This document shows, in pieces, positions 10,427 through 19,568 of a DNA stretch of 58,361 nucleotides. Positions within the stretch are counted from its first letter, which is position 1; each line of letters opens with the position of its first letter. Position numbers and translations under genes: made by a program. The DNA comes from an uncultured Pseudomonadota bacterium (lineage in GTDB: Bacteria > Pseudomonadota > Gammaproteobacteria > Burkholderiales > Casimicrobiaceae). Where the stretch lies: the NCBI GenBank assembly GCA_937958295.1, contig CALFEY010000080.1, forward strand, positions 1-58,361, written 5' to 3'. A model generated the notes under the pieces. The model saw only the letters and a list, made by a program, of their open reading frames with translations. It did no database searches and was not told the DNA's origin.

Positions 10427-11458
10427 CTAACCCTGGCCGGTTAGTTCCCGCCGGACGAGGGCGGCGCCCGCGGCCAGTGCGCGAAGCTTCCCCCGGGCGA
10501 GGTCGCGGGAGAGCGGGACCATGCCGCAATTCGTGCAGGGGAGAAGACGCTCGGCGGGGACGTGGCGGAGGGCAGCGTGCAGCGTCGCGGCCACCTCCTC
10601 GGGGGTCTCCACCCGGTCGCTGGCCACGTCGATGGCGCCCACCATCACGTCCTTGCCGGCGAGGAGGCCGATGAGCTCGATGGGCACGTGCGAGTTGGCG
10701 CACTCGAGGGACACCTGGTCGAGGGTCGAGCGGGCGAGCAGGGGGAAGGTCTCTTCGTACTGGCGCCACTGGCTGCCCAGGGTCTTCTTCCAGTCGTTGT
10801 TCGCCTTGATGCCGTAGCCGTAGCAGATGTGCACGGCCGTCTTGCACGGTAATCCGGCGGCGGCGCGCTCGAGCGTGGCCATGCCCCACTCGCGAACCTC
10901 GTCGAAGTAGACGTTGAAGGCCGGCTCGTCGAACTGGATGACCGCCACGCCCGTGGCGGCAATGGCGCGCGCCTCTTCGTTCAGGATGTCGGCGAAGGCT
11001 GCAGCGAGCTTTTCGCGGCTTCGATAGTGGCCGTCGTAGAGGGTGTCGACCATGGTCATGGGACCCGGCAGCGTGTATTTGACCGGCCGGGCCGTCTCCT
11101 CCACCACGAAGCGCGCGTCGTCGACGTAGATCGGATGCCGCCGCGCCACGGGTCCCACCACCATCGGAACGTCGGCGTCGTAGCGGTTGCGGATGCGGAC
11201 GGTCTTGCGATTGGCGAAGTCCACGCCCTCGAGGCCCTCGATGAAGGTCGTCACGAAGTGCCGGCGGGTTTGCTCGCCGTCGGTCACGACATCGATGCCG
11301 GCGTGCTCCTGGTCGAACAGGGCGAGGCGAACGGCGTCGCGCTTGCCTTGCTCGAGCGCGTTGCCCTCGAGCTTCCAGGGCGCCCAGAGCGCGAGCGGCT
11401 CGGCCAGCCAGGCGGGCTTGGGCAGGCTCCCGGCGATCGTGGTGGGGAGGAGCTTCAT
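10427..11458 (-). CDS. mesD: Core (short) cobalamin-independent methionine synthase, MesD-like
   Basis: 343 aa, catalytic domain only. GSLPKP, DGEQTR, QFDEPAF, Zn ligands in HICYGYGIKAN...SLE...PCTNCG; the WKKTLGSxWRQYE segment is characteristic of the MesD group. Confidence 0.85.
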   Translation of the reverse strand: MKLLPTTIAGSLPKPAWLAEPLALWAPWKLEGNALEQGKRDAVRLALFDQEHAGIDVVTDGEQTRRHFVTTFIEGLEGVDFANRKTVRIRNRYDADVPMVVGPVARRHPIYVDDARFVVEETARPVKYTLPGPMTMVDTLYDGHYRSREKLAAAFADILNEEARAIAATGVAVIQFDEPAFNVYFDEVREWGMATLERAAAGLPCKTAVHICYGYGIKANNDWKKTLGSQWRQYEETFPLLARSTLDQVSLECANSHVPIELIGLLAGKDVMVGAIDVASDRVETPEEVAATLHAALRHVPAERLLPCTNCGMVPLSRDLARGKLRALAAGAALVRRELTGQG

Positions 11459-11634
11459 GGGCGGGATTATGCGCCCGTCGCATCGATCGCGAGTGCCCCG
11501 TCAGGTACCTGGACGCCGTCAACGGGTCAGGCCACTTGACCAATTTGCAGCGCGCCCCGTACCCTTTGCGATTTTTCGCGCGACGGCTTGCCGCGCGCGC
11601 CATCCCTTCCACTCCCGAACGGACACCCACTTTC

Positions 11635-12609
11635 ATGCCACGCATCCTCTACGCCGACAACGACTACGCCGACATCGAGCTCGAGCGATCGCTCTTCGGG
11701 CCGGCCGGCCTCGAGGTGGTGGTCGCCCAGTGCAAGACGGAAGAGGACGTGATCCGGCACGGCCGCGATTGTTGCGCCATCCTCCTGCAATACGCACCCA
11801 TCACCGCCAAGGTGATCGCGGGCATGCCGGAGCTCGGCATCGTGAGTCGCATCGGCGCGGGCTACGACACCGTCGACACCGAGGCCTGCGAGAAGGCCGG
11901 CGTGTGGGTGGCGAATTCGCCCGACTACGGCGTGGGGGAGGTGGCCACGCATGCGCTGGCGCTGGCACTCGCGTCCATCCGCAACATCGTTGCGTACAAC
12001 CGGGACATCCATGCCGGGACGTGGTACTTCCAGTCGTCCGGCACCCTGCCGCGCCCTTCCACCATGACGCTCGGCATCGTGGGCCTCGGCCGGATCGGCA
12101 AGCGCATGGCGCACATCGCCCGCAATACCTTCAAGCGCGTGGTGGCCTACGATCCGTACCTCATCGACGGCGACTTCCCCGCCTACGTGGAGCGGGTGCA
12201 TTCCCTGGCCGAACTCGCGCGCGAGGCCGATGTCGTGTCGGTGCACACGCCGCTCACGAGCGAGACCCGCGGCATGCTCGACGCGCGCTTCTTCGCCGCC
12301 ATGAAGCGCGGCACCTACCTCGTGAACACCGCCCGCGGGGCCATCGTGAACGTCCCGGACCTGCTGATGGCGCTCGACTCGGGTGCCGTGGCGGCGGCGG
12401 GGCTCGACGTGCTGCCGCAGGAGCCCGTGCCGGCGGATTCCGCCCTGCTCGCCCATCCCCGCGTGATCCTCACCCCCCACGCGGCGTTCTACTCCACCGA
12501 TGCGGAAAAGGAGCTGCGCCGGAAGGCGGCCCAGAACATCGTCACCTGGCTCGCCACCGGCAAGCCGGAGTACGTCGTCGCGCGGGGGACCCGCACGGCC
12601 AAGGCTTGA
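11635..12609 (+). CDS. D-isomer-specific 2-hydroxyacid dehydrogenase (CtBP-like)
   Basis: GAGYD, GLGRIG Rossmann motif, VNTARG, LDVLPQEP, TPHAAFYS. Start placed at ATG 11635. Confidence 0.9.
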   Translation: MPRILYADNDYADIELERSLFGPAGLEVVVAQCKTEEDVIRHGRDCCAILLQYAPITAKVIAGMPELGIVSRIGAGYDTVDTEACEKAGVWVANSPDYGVGEVATHALALALASIRNIVAYNRDIHAGTWYFQSSGTLPRPSTMTLGIVGLGRIGKRMAHIARNTFKRVVAYDPYLIDGDFPAYVERVHSLAELAREADVVSVHTPLTSETRGMLDARFFAAMKRGTYLVNTARGAIVNVPDLLMALDSGAVAAAGLDVLPQEPVPADSALLAHPRVILTPHAAFYSTDAEKELRRKAAQNIVTWLATGKPEYVVARGTRTAKA

Positions 12610-12672
12610 TTCGGCCGGGAGCCGTCCCCAAGAAGGTAGAATCCGCAGCATTCTCCCGCGCGAGGAGCGCCC

Positions 12673-12990
12673 ATGAGCATCCAGGACACCATTCACGAGC
12701 AGGTCACGTTGCACCCCGTGGTTCTTTACATGAAGGGCACGCCGCAGTTTCCCCAGTGCGGTTTTTCCGCGACGGTGGCGGAGATCCTCAAGCGCTGCGG
12801 CGTGGCGGACTATTACTCCGTGAATGTCCTCGCCGACGACGGCATCCGGCAGGGCATCAAGGAATACGCCGACTGGCCCACGATCCCCCAGCTCTACGTG
12901 AACGGCGAGTTCGTGGGCGGCTGCGACATCGTGCGCGAGATGTACTCCACGGGCGAGCTGCAGAAGCTTCTGTCCTCGCAACCGGCCTGA
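12673..12990 (+). CDS. grxD: Monothiol glutaredoxin Grx4
   Basis: CGFS active site, [12 protein letters not shown]; GAGGAG RBS. Confidence 0.97.
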   Translation: MSIQDTIHEQVTLHPVVLYMKGTPQFPQCGFSATVAEILKRCGVADYYSVNVLADDGIRQGIKEYADWPTIPQLYVNGEFVGGCDIVREMYSTGELQKLLSSQPA

Positions 12991-13006
12991 CGTCCCCTGG
13001 CTCGCT

Positions 13007-13035
13007 CGGCAGCGGGCCCTGAAGCCCTGCTGCCG
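13007..13035. terminator. GC-rich hairpin between convergent grxD and spoT
   Basis: CGGCAGCGGGC...GCCCTGCTGCCG stem; no U-tract on either strand. Confidence 0.35.
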
Positions 13036-13046
13036 GCCCGACGGTC

Positions 13047-15182
13047 CTAAGTGCGCGTGCGCTGGGCGCGCTTCACGTCGGGCACCCGCCGCAGGGAGCG
13101 CAGCACCTGCGCCAGGTGGCGCCGATCGCGCACCTGCACGCCGAAGAACATCGCCAGCACCTCGCCGCCATCCGGCCGCTCCATTGACACTGTGTCGATG
13201 TTGCCTTCGGCATCGGCGATGGCCAATGCGAGCTCGGCGAGCAGTCCCCGGCGATCGGCCACGAGCAGGCGGATGCCTGTCTCGAACACGCCCTGGACGT
13301 CGGAAGCCCATTCGACGTCGACGAGCTCGCTCGCATCCACGCGCTGCTTCTTGAGGGTGACGCACTCCCGCGTGTGGACGAGCAGGCCCTGACCGCGCCT
13401 GAACTGGCCCACGATCGCATCGCCCGGAATCGGTCGGCAGCACTTGGCGTACTGGATGGCGACGCCTTCCACGCCACGCAGTGACAGCGCGGCGGCCTTG
13501 CCGGGATTGGCGGAGGCCGCGTGCGTTTCCTCAGTCTTGCCGGGCACCTTGGTCAGTGCCTGCGCAACCACGAACGACAGCCGTTTGCCGAGGCCGATGT
13601 CGGCGAGGATGTCGAGCTGGCTCTTGGCGCCGTATTCCTTGGCGAGCGCCTCCCAGCGATCCCACGAGATCGCGTCGGGCTCGACCTTGAGGGTGGCGAG
13701 CGCCTGGTTGAGCAGCCGCTCACCGAGCGCCGCCGACTCTTTCTGTTGCAAGCCCTTGAGGTAATGCCGGATTCGGGAGCGTGCCTTGCCGGTGGCCACG
13801 AACGATAGCCAGGACGGATTCGGCCGCGCAGTGGGCGAGGTGAGGATCTCGACGTGGTCGCCGTTCTTCAATTCGGTGCGCAGCGGCAGCAGCTCGTAGT
13901 TGATGCGCGCGGCCACGCAGTGGTGGCCGATGTCCGTGTGCACGCCGTAGCCGAAGTCCACCGCGGTGGCGCCGCGCGGCAGCGCCATGATCTTGCCCTT
14001 GGGCGTGAAGACGTAGATCTCGTCGGGGAAGAGGTCGCCCTTGATGTGCTCGAGGAATTCCTTGCTGTCCTTGGTATCGGACTGGATCTCGAGGAGGCTC
14101 TGCAGCCAGCGCGAGGTCTCGCGCTGCGCCTCGGCGAGGTCGAGCTCCCCGCCCGCCTTGTAGAGCCAGTGCGCGGCCACCCCGGCCTCGGCCACGCGAT
14201 GCATGTCGTGCGTGCGGATCTGCGCCTCCAGCGGCGTGCCGAAGGGGCCGAACAGCGTGGTGTGCAGCGATTGGTAGCCGTTGGCCTTGGGGATGGCGAT
14301 GTAGTCCTTGAACTTGCCGGGGATGGGCTTGTACAGATCGTGCAGCACGCCGAGCGCGGCGTAGCAGTTGGTCTTGTCGGCCACCAGCACGCGCACGCCG
14401 TAGATGTCGAAGACCTGCGCGAACGTGTAGTGCTTCTCGCGCATCTTCTTGTAGACGGAGTAGATCGACTTCTCGCGCCCGCTCACCACCGCCAGCACGT
14501 TCTCCTTGGCGAGGCCCTCGCGGATCACGTCGAGCAGGCGGTTCATCACCTCGCGGCGGTTGCCGCGGGCGGCCTTGATGGACGACGCGAGTACCCGGTA
14601 GCGCAGGGGATAGAGGTGCTTGAAGGAGAGGTCCTGCAGCTCGAGGTAGAGCGAGTTGAGGCCGAGCCTGTTGGCGATCGGCGCGTAGATGTCGAGCGTT
14701 TCCTTGGCGATGCGCTTGCGGTGTCCCGGCGCCATGGCGTCGAGCGTGCGCATGTTGTGCAGCCGGTCCGCGAGCTTGATGAGGATGACGCGCACGTCGC
14801 GCGCCATCGCGAGGAGCATCTTGCGGAAGCTCTCCGCCTGCACCTCCTCCTTGCTCGTGAACTCGATCTGGTCGAGCTTGGACACGCCGTCGACCATGTC
14901 GGCCACGGGCTTGCCGAAGCTTTTCTCGAGCTCGTTCTTGGTGACGGAGGTGTCCTCCATCACGTCGTGCAGCAACGCGGCGGCGAGTCCCTGGGCATCC
15001 AGCCGCCACTGCGACAGGATGGACGCGACGGCGAGCGGATGCGTGATGTACGGCTCGCCCGACTTGCGGAACTGGCCGCGGTGCGCCGACTCGGAGAACT
15101 CGAACGCGCGGCTGACGAGGGCGACGTCCGGGGCCGGCAGGTAGTGCCCCAGGTGCTTGGTGAACTCCGCGATCTCGGACAT
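13047..15182 (-). CDS. spoT: Bifunctional (p)ppGpp synthetase/hydrolase SpoT
   Basis: Intact HD hydrolase motifs (HPLAVA, LHDVMED, KLADRLHNMRT), KDYIAIPKANGYQSLHT, TGS domain, CC/ACT C-terminus; gmk-rpoZ-spoT order. Confidence 0.96.
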   Translation of the reverse strand: MSEIAEFTKHLGHYLPAPDVALVSRAFEFSESAHRGQFRKSGEPYITHPLAVASILSQWRLDAQGLAAALLHDVMEDTSVTKNELEKSFGKPVADMVDGVSKLDQIEFTSKEEVQAESFRKMLLAMARDVRVILIKLADRLHNMRTLDAMAPGHRKRIAKETLDIYAPIANRLGLNSLYLELQDLSFKHLYPLRYRVLASSIKAARGNRREVMNRLLDVIREGLAKENVLAVVSGREKSIYSVYKKMREKHYTFAQVFDIYGVRVLVADKTNCYAALGVLHDLYKPIPGKFKDYIAIPKANGYQSLHTTLFGPFGTPLEAQIRTHDMHRVAEAGVAAHWLYKAGGELDLAEAQRETSRWLQSLLEIQSDTKDSKEFLEHIKGDLFPDEIYVFTPKGKIMALPRGATAVDFGYGVHTDIGHHCVAARINYELLPLRTELKNGDHVEILTSPTARPNPSWLSFVATGKARSRIRHYLKGLQQKESAALGERLLNQALATLKVEPDAISWDRWEALAKEYGAKSQLDILADIGLGKRLSFVVAQALTKVPGKTEETHAASANPGKAAALSLRGVEGVAIQYAKCCRPIPGDAIVGQFRRGQGLLVHTRECVTLKKQRVDASELVDVEWASDVQGVFETGIRLLVADRRGLLAELALAIADAEGNIDTVSMERPDGGEVLAMFFGVQVRDRRHLAQVLRSLRRVPDVKRAQRTRT

Positions 15183-15214
15183 CAGCCTGCAGATGGCGCC
15201 GGGATCGCGCTAAC

Positions 15215-15439
15215 TCAAACGGACGTGGGGAGCGTGGGGCCCGTCTTGGTGAGCATCTCGATGCCGATCTTGCCCGCGGCCATTTCGCGCAGGGCGATCA
15301 CCGTGGGCTTGTCGCGGTCGGCGTCGACCATGGGGGCGGATCCGGCGGTGATCTGGCGGGCGCGGTTGGTGGCGGCCAGGGTCAGCTCGAACCGGTTGGG
15401 GATGCGCGCGAGACAGTCTTCGATGGTGATGCGGGCCAT
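15215..15439 (-). CDS. rpoZ: RNA polymerase omega subunit
   Basis: [10 protein letters not shown]...[16 protein letters not shown]...[10 protein letters not shown]; 74 aa from ATG 15439. Confidence 0.96.
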   Translation of the reverse strand: MARITIEDCLARIPNRFELTLAATNRARQITAGSAPMVDADRDKPTVIALREMAAGKIGIEMLTKTGPTLPTSV

Positions 15440-15455
15440 GACGAACTCCGGTGAA

Positions 15456-16124
15456 TTATGGATGCAAGAGATCGGCGATGAGCGCGGCGTGCCGTACCTG
15501 CTGTCGCGGCGCCGCGAGGCGGGCTGCCCGCACGATGACCGAGAGGTCGTCGACGGCTCTCGCAAAGTCCTGATTCATAATAACATAATCGAACTCGCCG
15601 CAGTGCCGCATCTCTTCGCGGGCGGCCTCCATGCGGCGCGCGATGACCTCGGGCGCGTCCTGCGCGCGCTTGTTGAGGCGCTCCTCCAGCGAGGCAAGCG
15701 TGGGCGGGAGGATGAAGATCGACACGGAGCCCGGCATGAGCCTGCGCACCTGGCGCGCGCCCTGCCAGTCGATCTCCAGGAGCATGTCGTGGCCGGCCTG
15801 CACCTGCGCCGTCAGCCAGGCGGCCGACGTGGCGTACCAGTTGCCGTGGACGTGGGCGAACTCCAGGAACTCGCCGGCGTCCTTCAGCGCCGTGAACGTC
15901 GCCTCGTCGACGAAGTGGTAATCGACGCCGTCGCGCTCGCCGGGACGCGGCGCGCGCGTGGTGTACGACACGGACAGGCGCATGCCCGGCTCGCGCTCGA
16001 GCAGGGCCTTCACGAGGCTCGTCTTGCCGCCGCCCGAGGGCGCGGCGAGGACGAACAGGCACCCCGACGCGGGCGGCGCCTTGGTGGCGATGACGGTGGG
16101 GGCGGTCATGGCGCTCGCCTTCAA
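15456..16124 (-). CDS. gmk: Guanylate kinase
   Basis: [10 protein letters not shown]-loop, [19 protein letters not shown]. Start is TTG 16124 (overlapping the upstream TGA) or ATG 16109. Confidence 0.96.
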   Translation of the reverse strand: MKASAMTAPTVIATKAPPASGCLFVLAAPSGGGKTSLVKALLEREPGMRLSVSYTTRAPRPGERDGVDYHFVDEATFTALKDAGEFLEFAHVHGNWYATSAAWLTAQVQAGHDMLLEIDWQGARQVRRLMPGSVSIFILPPTLASLEERLNKRAQDAPEVIARRMEAAREEMRHCGEFDYVIMNQDFARAVDDLSVIVRAARLAAPRQQVRHAALIADLLHP

Positions 16125-16927
16125 CGCAGCGCCACGGCGCGGAACTTCGCCAGCGCCCGGCCCTTGGCATCGAAGAGCGTCAGCGCGTCGCCGGCGATGC
16201 GATAGCGCGCGATCGTCGCGAGCGTGGCGAGGAAGGCGGCTTCCTGCTCCATCCCGTGCGGGCAGGCCATCATCGTGCCGGCCATCTGCGAGAGCGCAAG
16301 GCGGTCGCCCTCGAGCGTGAAGCCGCCCGCGAGATTGTTGCAGCCGCCGCTGCCGCTCACGCGCAATTCGTCGGCCTTGAACACGAGGTGTGGCTCGCGC
16401 TGGTCCTTGAACGCCTGCGCAGGCTTGCCTTTCAAGGCCACGAGCTTCCAGTAGGTATTACGCAAGGGCGTGGCCGTGGCGGGCGGGGTGGGCGTCCCCG
16501 TCACCTTGACCAGACGCAGATCGAGCGGGCGGTCGCGGCCCAGCGCGGCGGTGTAACGGTCGGTGGTGAAGAGCAGGCGGCCCTCGTGGCGAACGCTCGC
16601 CCGTACGTTGTAGCGCCCTTGCGGGGTCACCTTCGCATCGTCGAAGCTGATGGTGAAGGGGAAGGGTGGGACGGTCGCGGGCACGGGGCCGAAGCGTCCG
16701 AGGATCACGGCCGGCGCGTCGGCGCGCGAGACGTCCTCAAGGGCGGCCTCGAAGGTCGCCCCGGACGGAAGGGCCATGCGCTCGCGGTAGGCGGCTTTCC
16801 CGGTGACGGTCCCGGCGTGGGCCGACAACGCACAGGCGGCGAGCGCGATGGCGGCGACCGCGCGCGCGCGGCGCGGCCACGGCGCGAGCCCAAGGCCCGG
16901 GGTCCCACGGCGGGCGGCATGCCGCAT
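16121..16927 (-). CDS. Exported YbaY-like + META (HslJ) domain protein
   Basis: Signal peptide ending AHA; YRERMALP...LEDVSRADAPA (YbaY); SGSGGCN...GTMMAC (META). Start uncertain (16927 or 16981). Confidence 0.85.
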   Translation of the reverse strand: MRHAARRGTPGLGLAPWPRRARAVAAIALAACALSAHAGTVTGKAAYRERMALPSGATFEAALEDVSRADAPAVILGRFGPVPATVPPFPFTISFDDAKVTPQGRYNVRASVRHEGRLLFTTDRYTAALGRDRPLDLRLVKVTGTPTPPATATPLRNTYWKLVALKGKPAQAFKDQREPHLVFKADELRVSGSGGCNNLAGGFTLEGDRLALSQMAGTMMACPHGMEQEAAFLATLATIARYRIAGDALTLFDAKGRALAKFRAVALR

Positions 16928-17196
16928 GGCCCCCGCCTCGGACGCGAGGTCGCGCCCCGTGGGAAGGAAATCAGCCGTCATCTCGCGCCGTCTTCGTTGT
17001 CCATCGCATGGTCGTCTCGTGATGCGCCTTTGCCCGATCGGTCGGGCATCCTCGCTTTAGACATCCCGCAAGGACGAAGGGCCCGGCGTTTCGCGCCGAG
17101 GCAGGCGACGCGCAAGCGCAGGCGCAATTCTACCAACCGGGGCCTTGGCACGCCCGCGGCAGCCGCCGCACGGCCGCGATGGCACGCCGCGTCGAC

Positions 17197-17251
17197 GTGA
17201 ATTCATTGTTCACCGGAAGGCCTTGTCCCGCATCGTGCGCCTGCCCATGAT
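17197..17251 (+). promoter_or_regulatory. Palindromic operator plus predicted sigma70 promoter of the alpha/beta hydrolase
   Basis: GTGAA-TTCATTG-TTCAC (17197-17213), 9 nt, TTGTCC (17223-17228), 17 nt, CATGAT (17246-17251). Confidence 0.65.
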
Positions 17252-17278
17252 GAGCGGCCCAATCTGCGGAGTGCGCCC

Positions 17279-18226
17279 ATGACCCCTCTCACGACACCAG
17301 CGACCAGCGACCGGCCCCATGTCACGTGGTCGGGAGGCGAGGAGCACTGGGTCGAGCGCGATGGCGGCGTCCGCCTCTTCCTGTGGCGCAAGCGCGCTTC
17401 GCCGACAGTCCCGCCGGCCGGCACGCTTCTCTTTGTGCACGGCTCGTCGATGGCGTCGCAGCCCACGTTCGACCTGTCCGTGCCTGGCCGCCCGGATTCC
17501 TCCGTGATGGATTGGTTCGCGCAGCGCGGCTTCGACACGTGGTGCCTGGACAACGAGGGCTACGGCAGGTCGAGCAAGCACCGCCCCATCAACTTCGACA
17601 TCGCCAACGGCGCGCAGGACCTCGCTGCGGCGAGCGCGCACGTGCTCGCCGCCAGTGGCGTGCCCCGTCTCATGGTGTACGGCATCTCGTCCGGGGCACT
17701 CAAGGCCGCGCTGTTCGCGCAGCAGAACCCCGAGCGCGTGGCGCGCCTCGCCCTCGATGCGTTCGTGTGGACCGGTGAAGGCAGCCCCACGCTGGTCAAG
17801 CGGCGCGAGCGCATGGCCGAGTGGACGGGCAGCACGCGCCGCCCGATCGACCGCGCCTTCGTCCACAGCATCTTCAATCGTGACCACCCGGGTGTGGCGG
17901 AGGAGCGCGTGGTGGATGCCTTCGCCGACGGCATCCTGACCCTCGACGACTCGATGCCCACCGGCACCTACGTCGACATGTGCGCGAAGCTGCCGCTCGT
18001 CGACCCCGCGCGCATCACGATGCCTACCCTGGTGATGCGTGGGGAGTACGACGGCATCGCGAGCCTGGACGATCTGCTCGAGTTCTTCCAGCGGCTGCCC
18101 AGCAGCGACAAGCAGTTCTCGGTGATGGCCGGCATCTCGCACGCGAGCTTCCAGCAGAAGAACTACCGCACCGTTTACCACATCCTGCACGCATTCTTCT
18201 CGCACCCGCCCGCCGTGTATCCGTGA
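17279..18226 (+). CDS. Alpha/beta-fold hydrolase
   Basis: HG oxyanion motif (FVHGSS), DNEGYGRS, nucleophile elbow GISSG, acid in GEYDGIA, His in GISHA. Confidence 0.88.
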   Translation: MTPLTTPATSDRPHVTWSGGEEHWVERDGGVRLFLWRKRASPTVPPAGTLLFVHGSSMASQPTFDLSVPGRPDSSVMDWFAQRGFDTWCLDNEGYGRSSKHRPINFDIANGAQDLAAASAHVLAASGVPRLMVYGISSGALKAALFAQQNPERVARLALDAFVWTGEGSPTLVKRRERMAEWTGSTRRPIDRAFVHSIFNRDHPGVAEERVVDAFADGILTLDDSMPTGTYVDMCAKLPLVDPARITMPTLVMRGEYDGIASLDDLLEFFQRLPSSDKQFSVMAGISHASFQQKNYRTVYHILHAFFSHPPAVYP

Positions 18227-18251
18227 CAGGCCGTGGGGCGCGAGCGCGTGC

Positions 18252-19535
18252 TCAGCCGGGGACGTGCCCCCACAAGTCCACCACCAGGCCGGCGTCGGGC
18301 GCGAGCGCGGGCGCCGCGGTGCCGATGGCGGTGAATGGCAGGCCCGCGCCGCGCAACGCAGGATCCCACGCCAGGTGGGCGCTGCGGAACGCGGCGAGGT
18401 CGGGCAGGAAATAGATGAGGCGCGCGACCTGCGTGAGATCGCTGCCGGCCGCGGCGAAGATCGTGCGGGCCTTGGCGATGACGTCGGTCATCTGCGCGTG
18501 CACGGCATCGCGATAGTAGGGCGCGGCGGGATCGGTACGCGCCGCCGCGCAGGCGCCGCCGTCCTCGATGCCCATGAGACCCGCCACGAAGAGCAGGCCG
18601 TCGAAGCTGCGGGCTGGGAACATCCCGGGGCCGGGCAGCTCCACTTCGCATTCGATGTCGCGGATGCGGCCCTTCGCTTGTGCGTGCGCGGCCACCACGT
18701 TCACCTCGATGGTGGCGGCGCTCGTGCCGAAGGCCGGGTGCCGGACGGGCACGACGGTGGTGGGCGGGATGCGGCCGTCGAAGGCGCGCGACCACGCCTG
18801 CCAGAAGGCGGGGAAGTCCTCGGCATGGCTCAAGTACACCTGTGCCTTCAGCACGAGATCGAGGGCGCTGCCCGCGGCCGCAAGGGCGGGCACCAGCCGC
18901 TGCTGCACGAGGTAGTCGGTCTCGAGCTTGATGCGCGTGCCGTTCCATAGCTGGCCCGGAGGCACCATCGCCTCCGCGGCAAGCGCGCCGGAAGCGTCAC
19001 GCGCGAGCTGCCCCGCCACGAAGACGAGATCGCCGGCGCGCACGCACGGCGCGTAGCCCGAGGTGCTTGGCACGTTGAGGCGGTCGCGCCCAAGAGCCTC
19101 GACCGCGTAGCCGCTGGCCAGCGTGGGCGCGAGCACCTGCACGTCCATCGACATGCCGGGGTTGACGAGCGCGTCGACGATCACCGACGTGCTCGGCGCC
19201 ACCTGGCCCGCCAGGGCCTGCTTGCGCGCCACGTGGTAGGGATCGACGTTGTGCGCGTGCGGATAGTACTGGTCGAGGCGTACGACTTGCGAGAGCGCGC
19301 TGCCGGCGGCCTGGAGGGAGCGGTCCATGCGGGCGAAGATCGCCTCGGCCTCGCGCTGTGCCTGGGGCGCAACGCCGAGCGGGCGATCCTTGCGCAGGAC
19401 ATCGAGGTCGGGACGACCGTCGGGCAGCACGGCCCGCAGGCCGGTGCCCAGCACCCAGTTGCCCGCCCGCACAAAGGGGACGTGCACGACCTCGCCCGGG
19501 ACGAAGGCGGTGGTGCCGAAGCGCTCGAGGGGCAT
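18252..19535 (-). CDS. Protein with three tandem RidA/YjgF/UK114-like domains
   Basis: Three repeats of the Rid pattern: VRAGNWVLGTG / VRAGDLVFVAGQ / FDGLLFVAGL, each followed by AAGSxLxxV and a C-terminal P-x-T strand. Confidence 0.8.
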   Translation of the reverse strand: MPLERFGTTAFVPGEVVHVPFVRAGNWVLGTGLRAVLPDGRPDLDVLRKDRPLGVAPQAQREAEAIFARMDRSLQAAGSALSQVVRLDQYYPHAHNVDPYHVARKQALAGQVAPSTSVIVDALVNPGMSMDVQVLAPTLASGYAVEALGRDRLNVPSTSGYAPCVRAGDLVFVAGQLARDASGALAAEAMVPPGQLWNGTRIKLETDYLVQQRLVPALAAAGSALDLVLKAQVYLSHAEDFPAFWQAWSRAFDGRIPPTTVVPVRHPAFGTSAATIEVNVVAAHAQAKGRIRDIECEVELPGPGMFPARSFDGLLFVAGLMGIEDGGACAAARTDPAAPYYRDAVHAQMTDVIAKARTIFAAAGSDLTQVARLIYFLPDLAAFRSAHLAWDPALRGAGLPFTAIGTAAPALAPDAGLVVDLWGHVPG

Positions 19536-19568
19536 GGCGTGGATGCTCTCGCGGCCGGATCGCGTGCG

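Noticed and set aside
11459-11570. SAH- or SAM/SAH-riboswitch-like fragments upstream of mesD (minus strand GGGTAC...GCGCTGCAA...CCAGGTACCT; GACGGCGTCCAGG)
   Set aside because: The spacing and pseudoknot pairing do not match the consensus well, and a -10 box 7 nt before the ATG suggests no leader. An Infernal search against Rfam would settle it.
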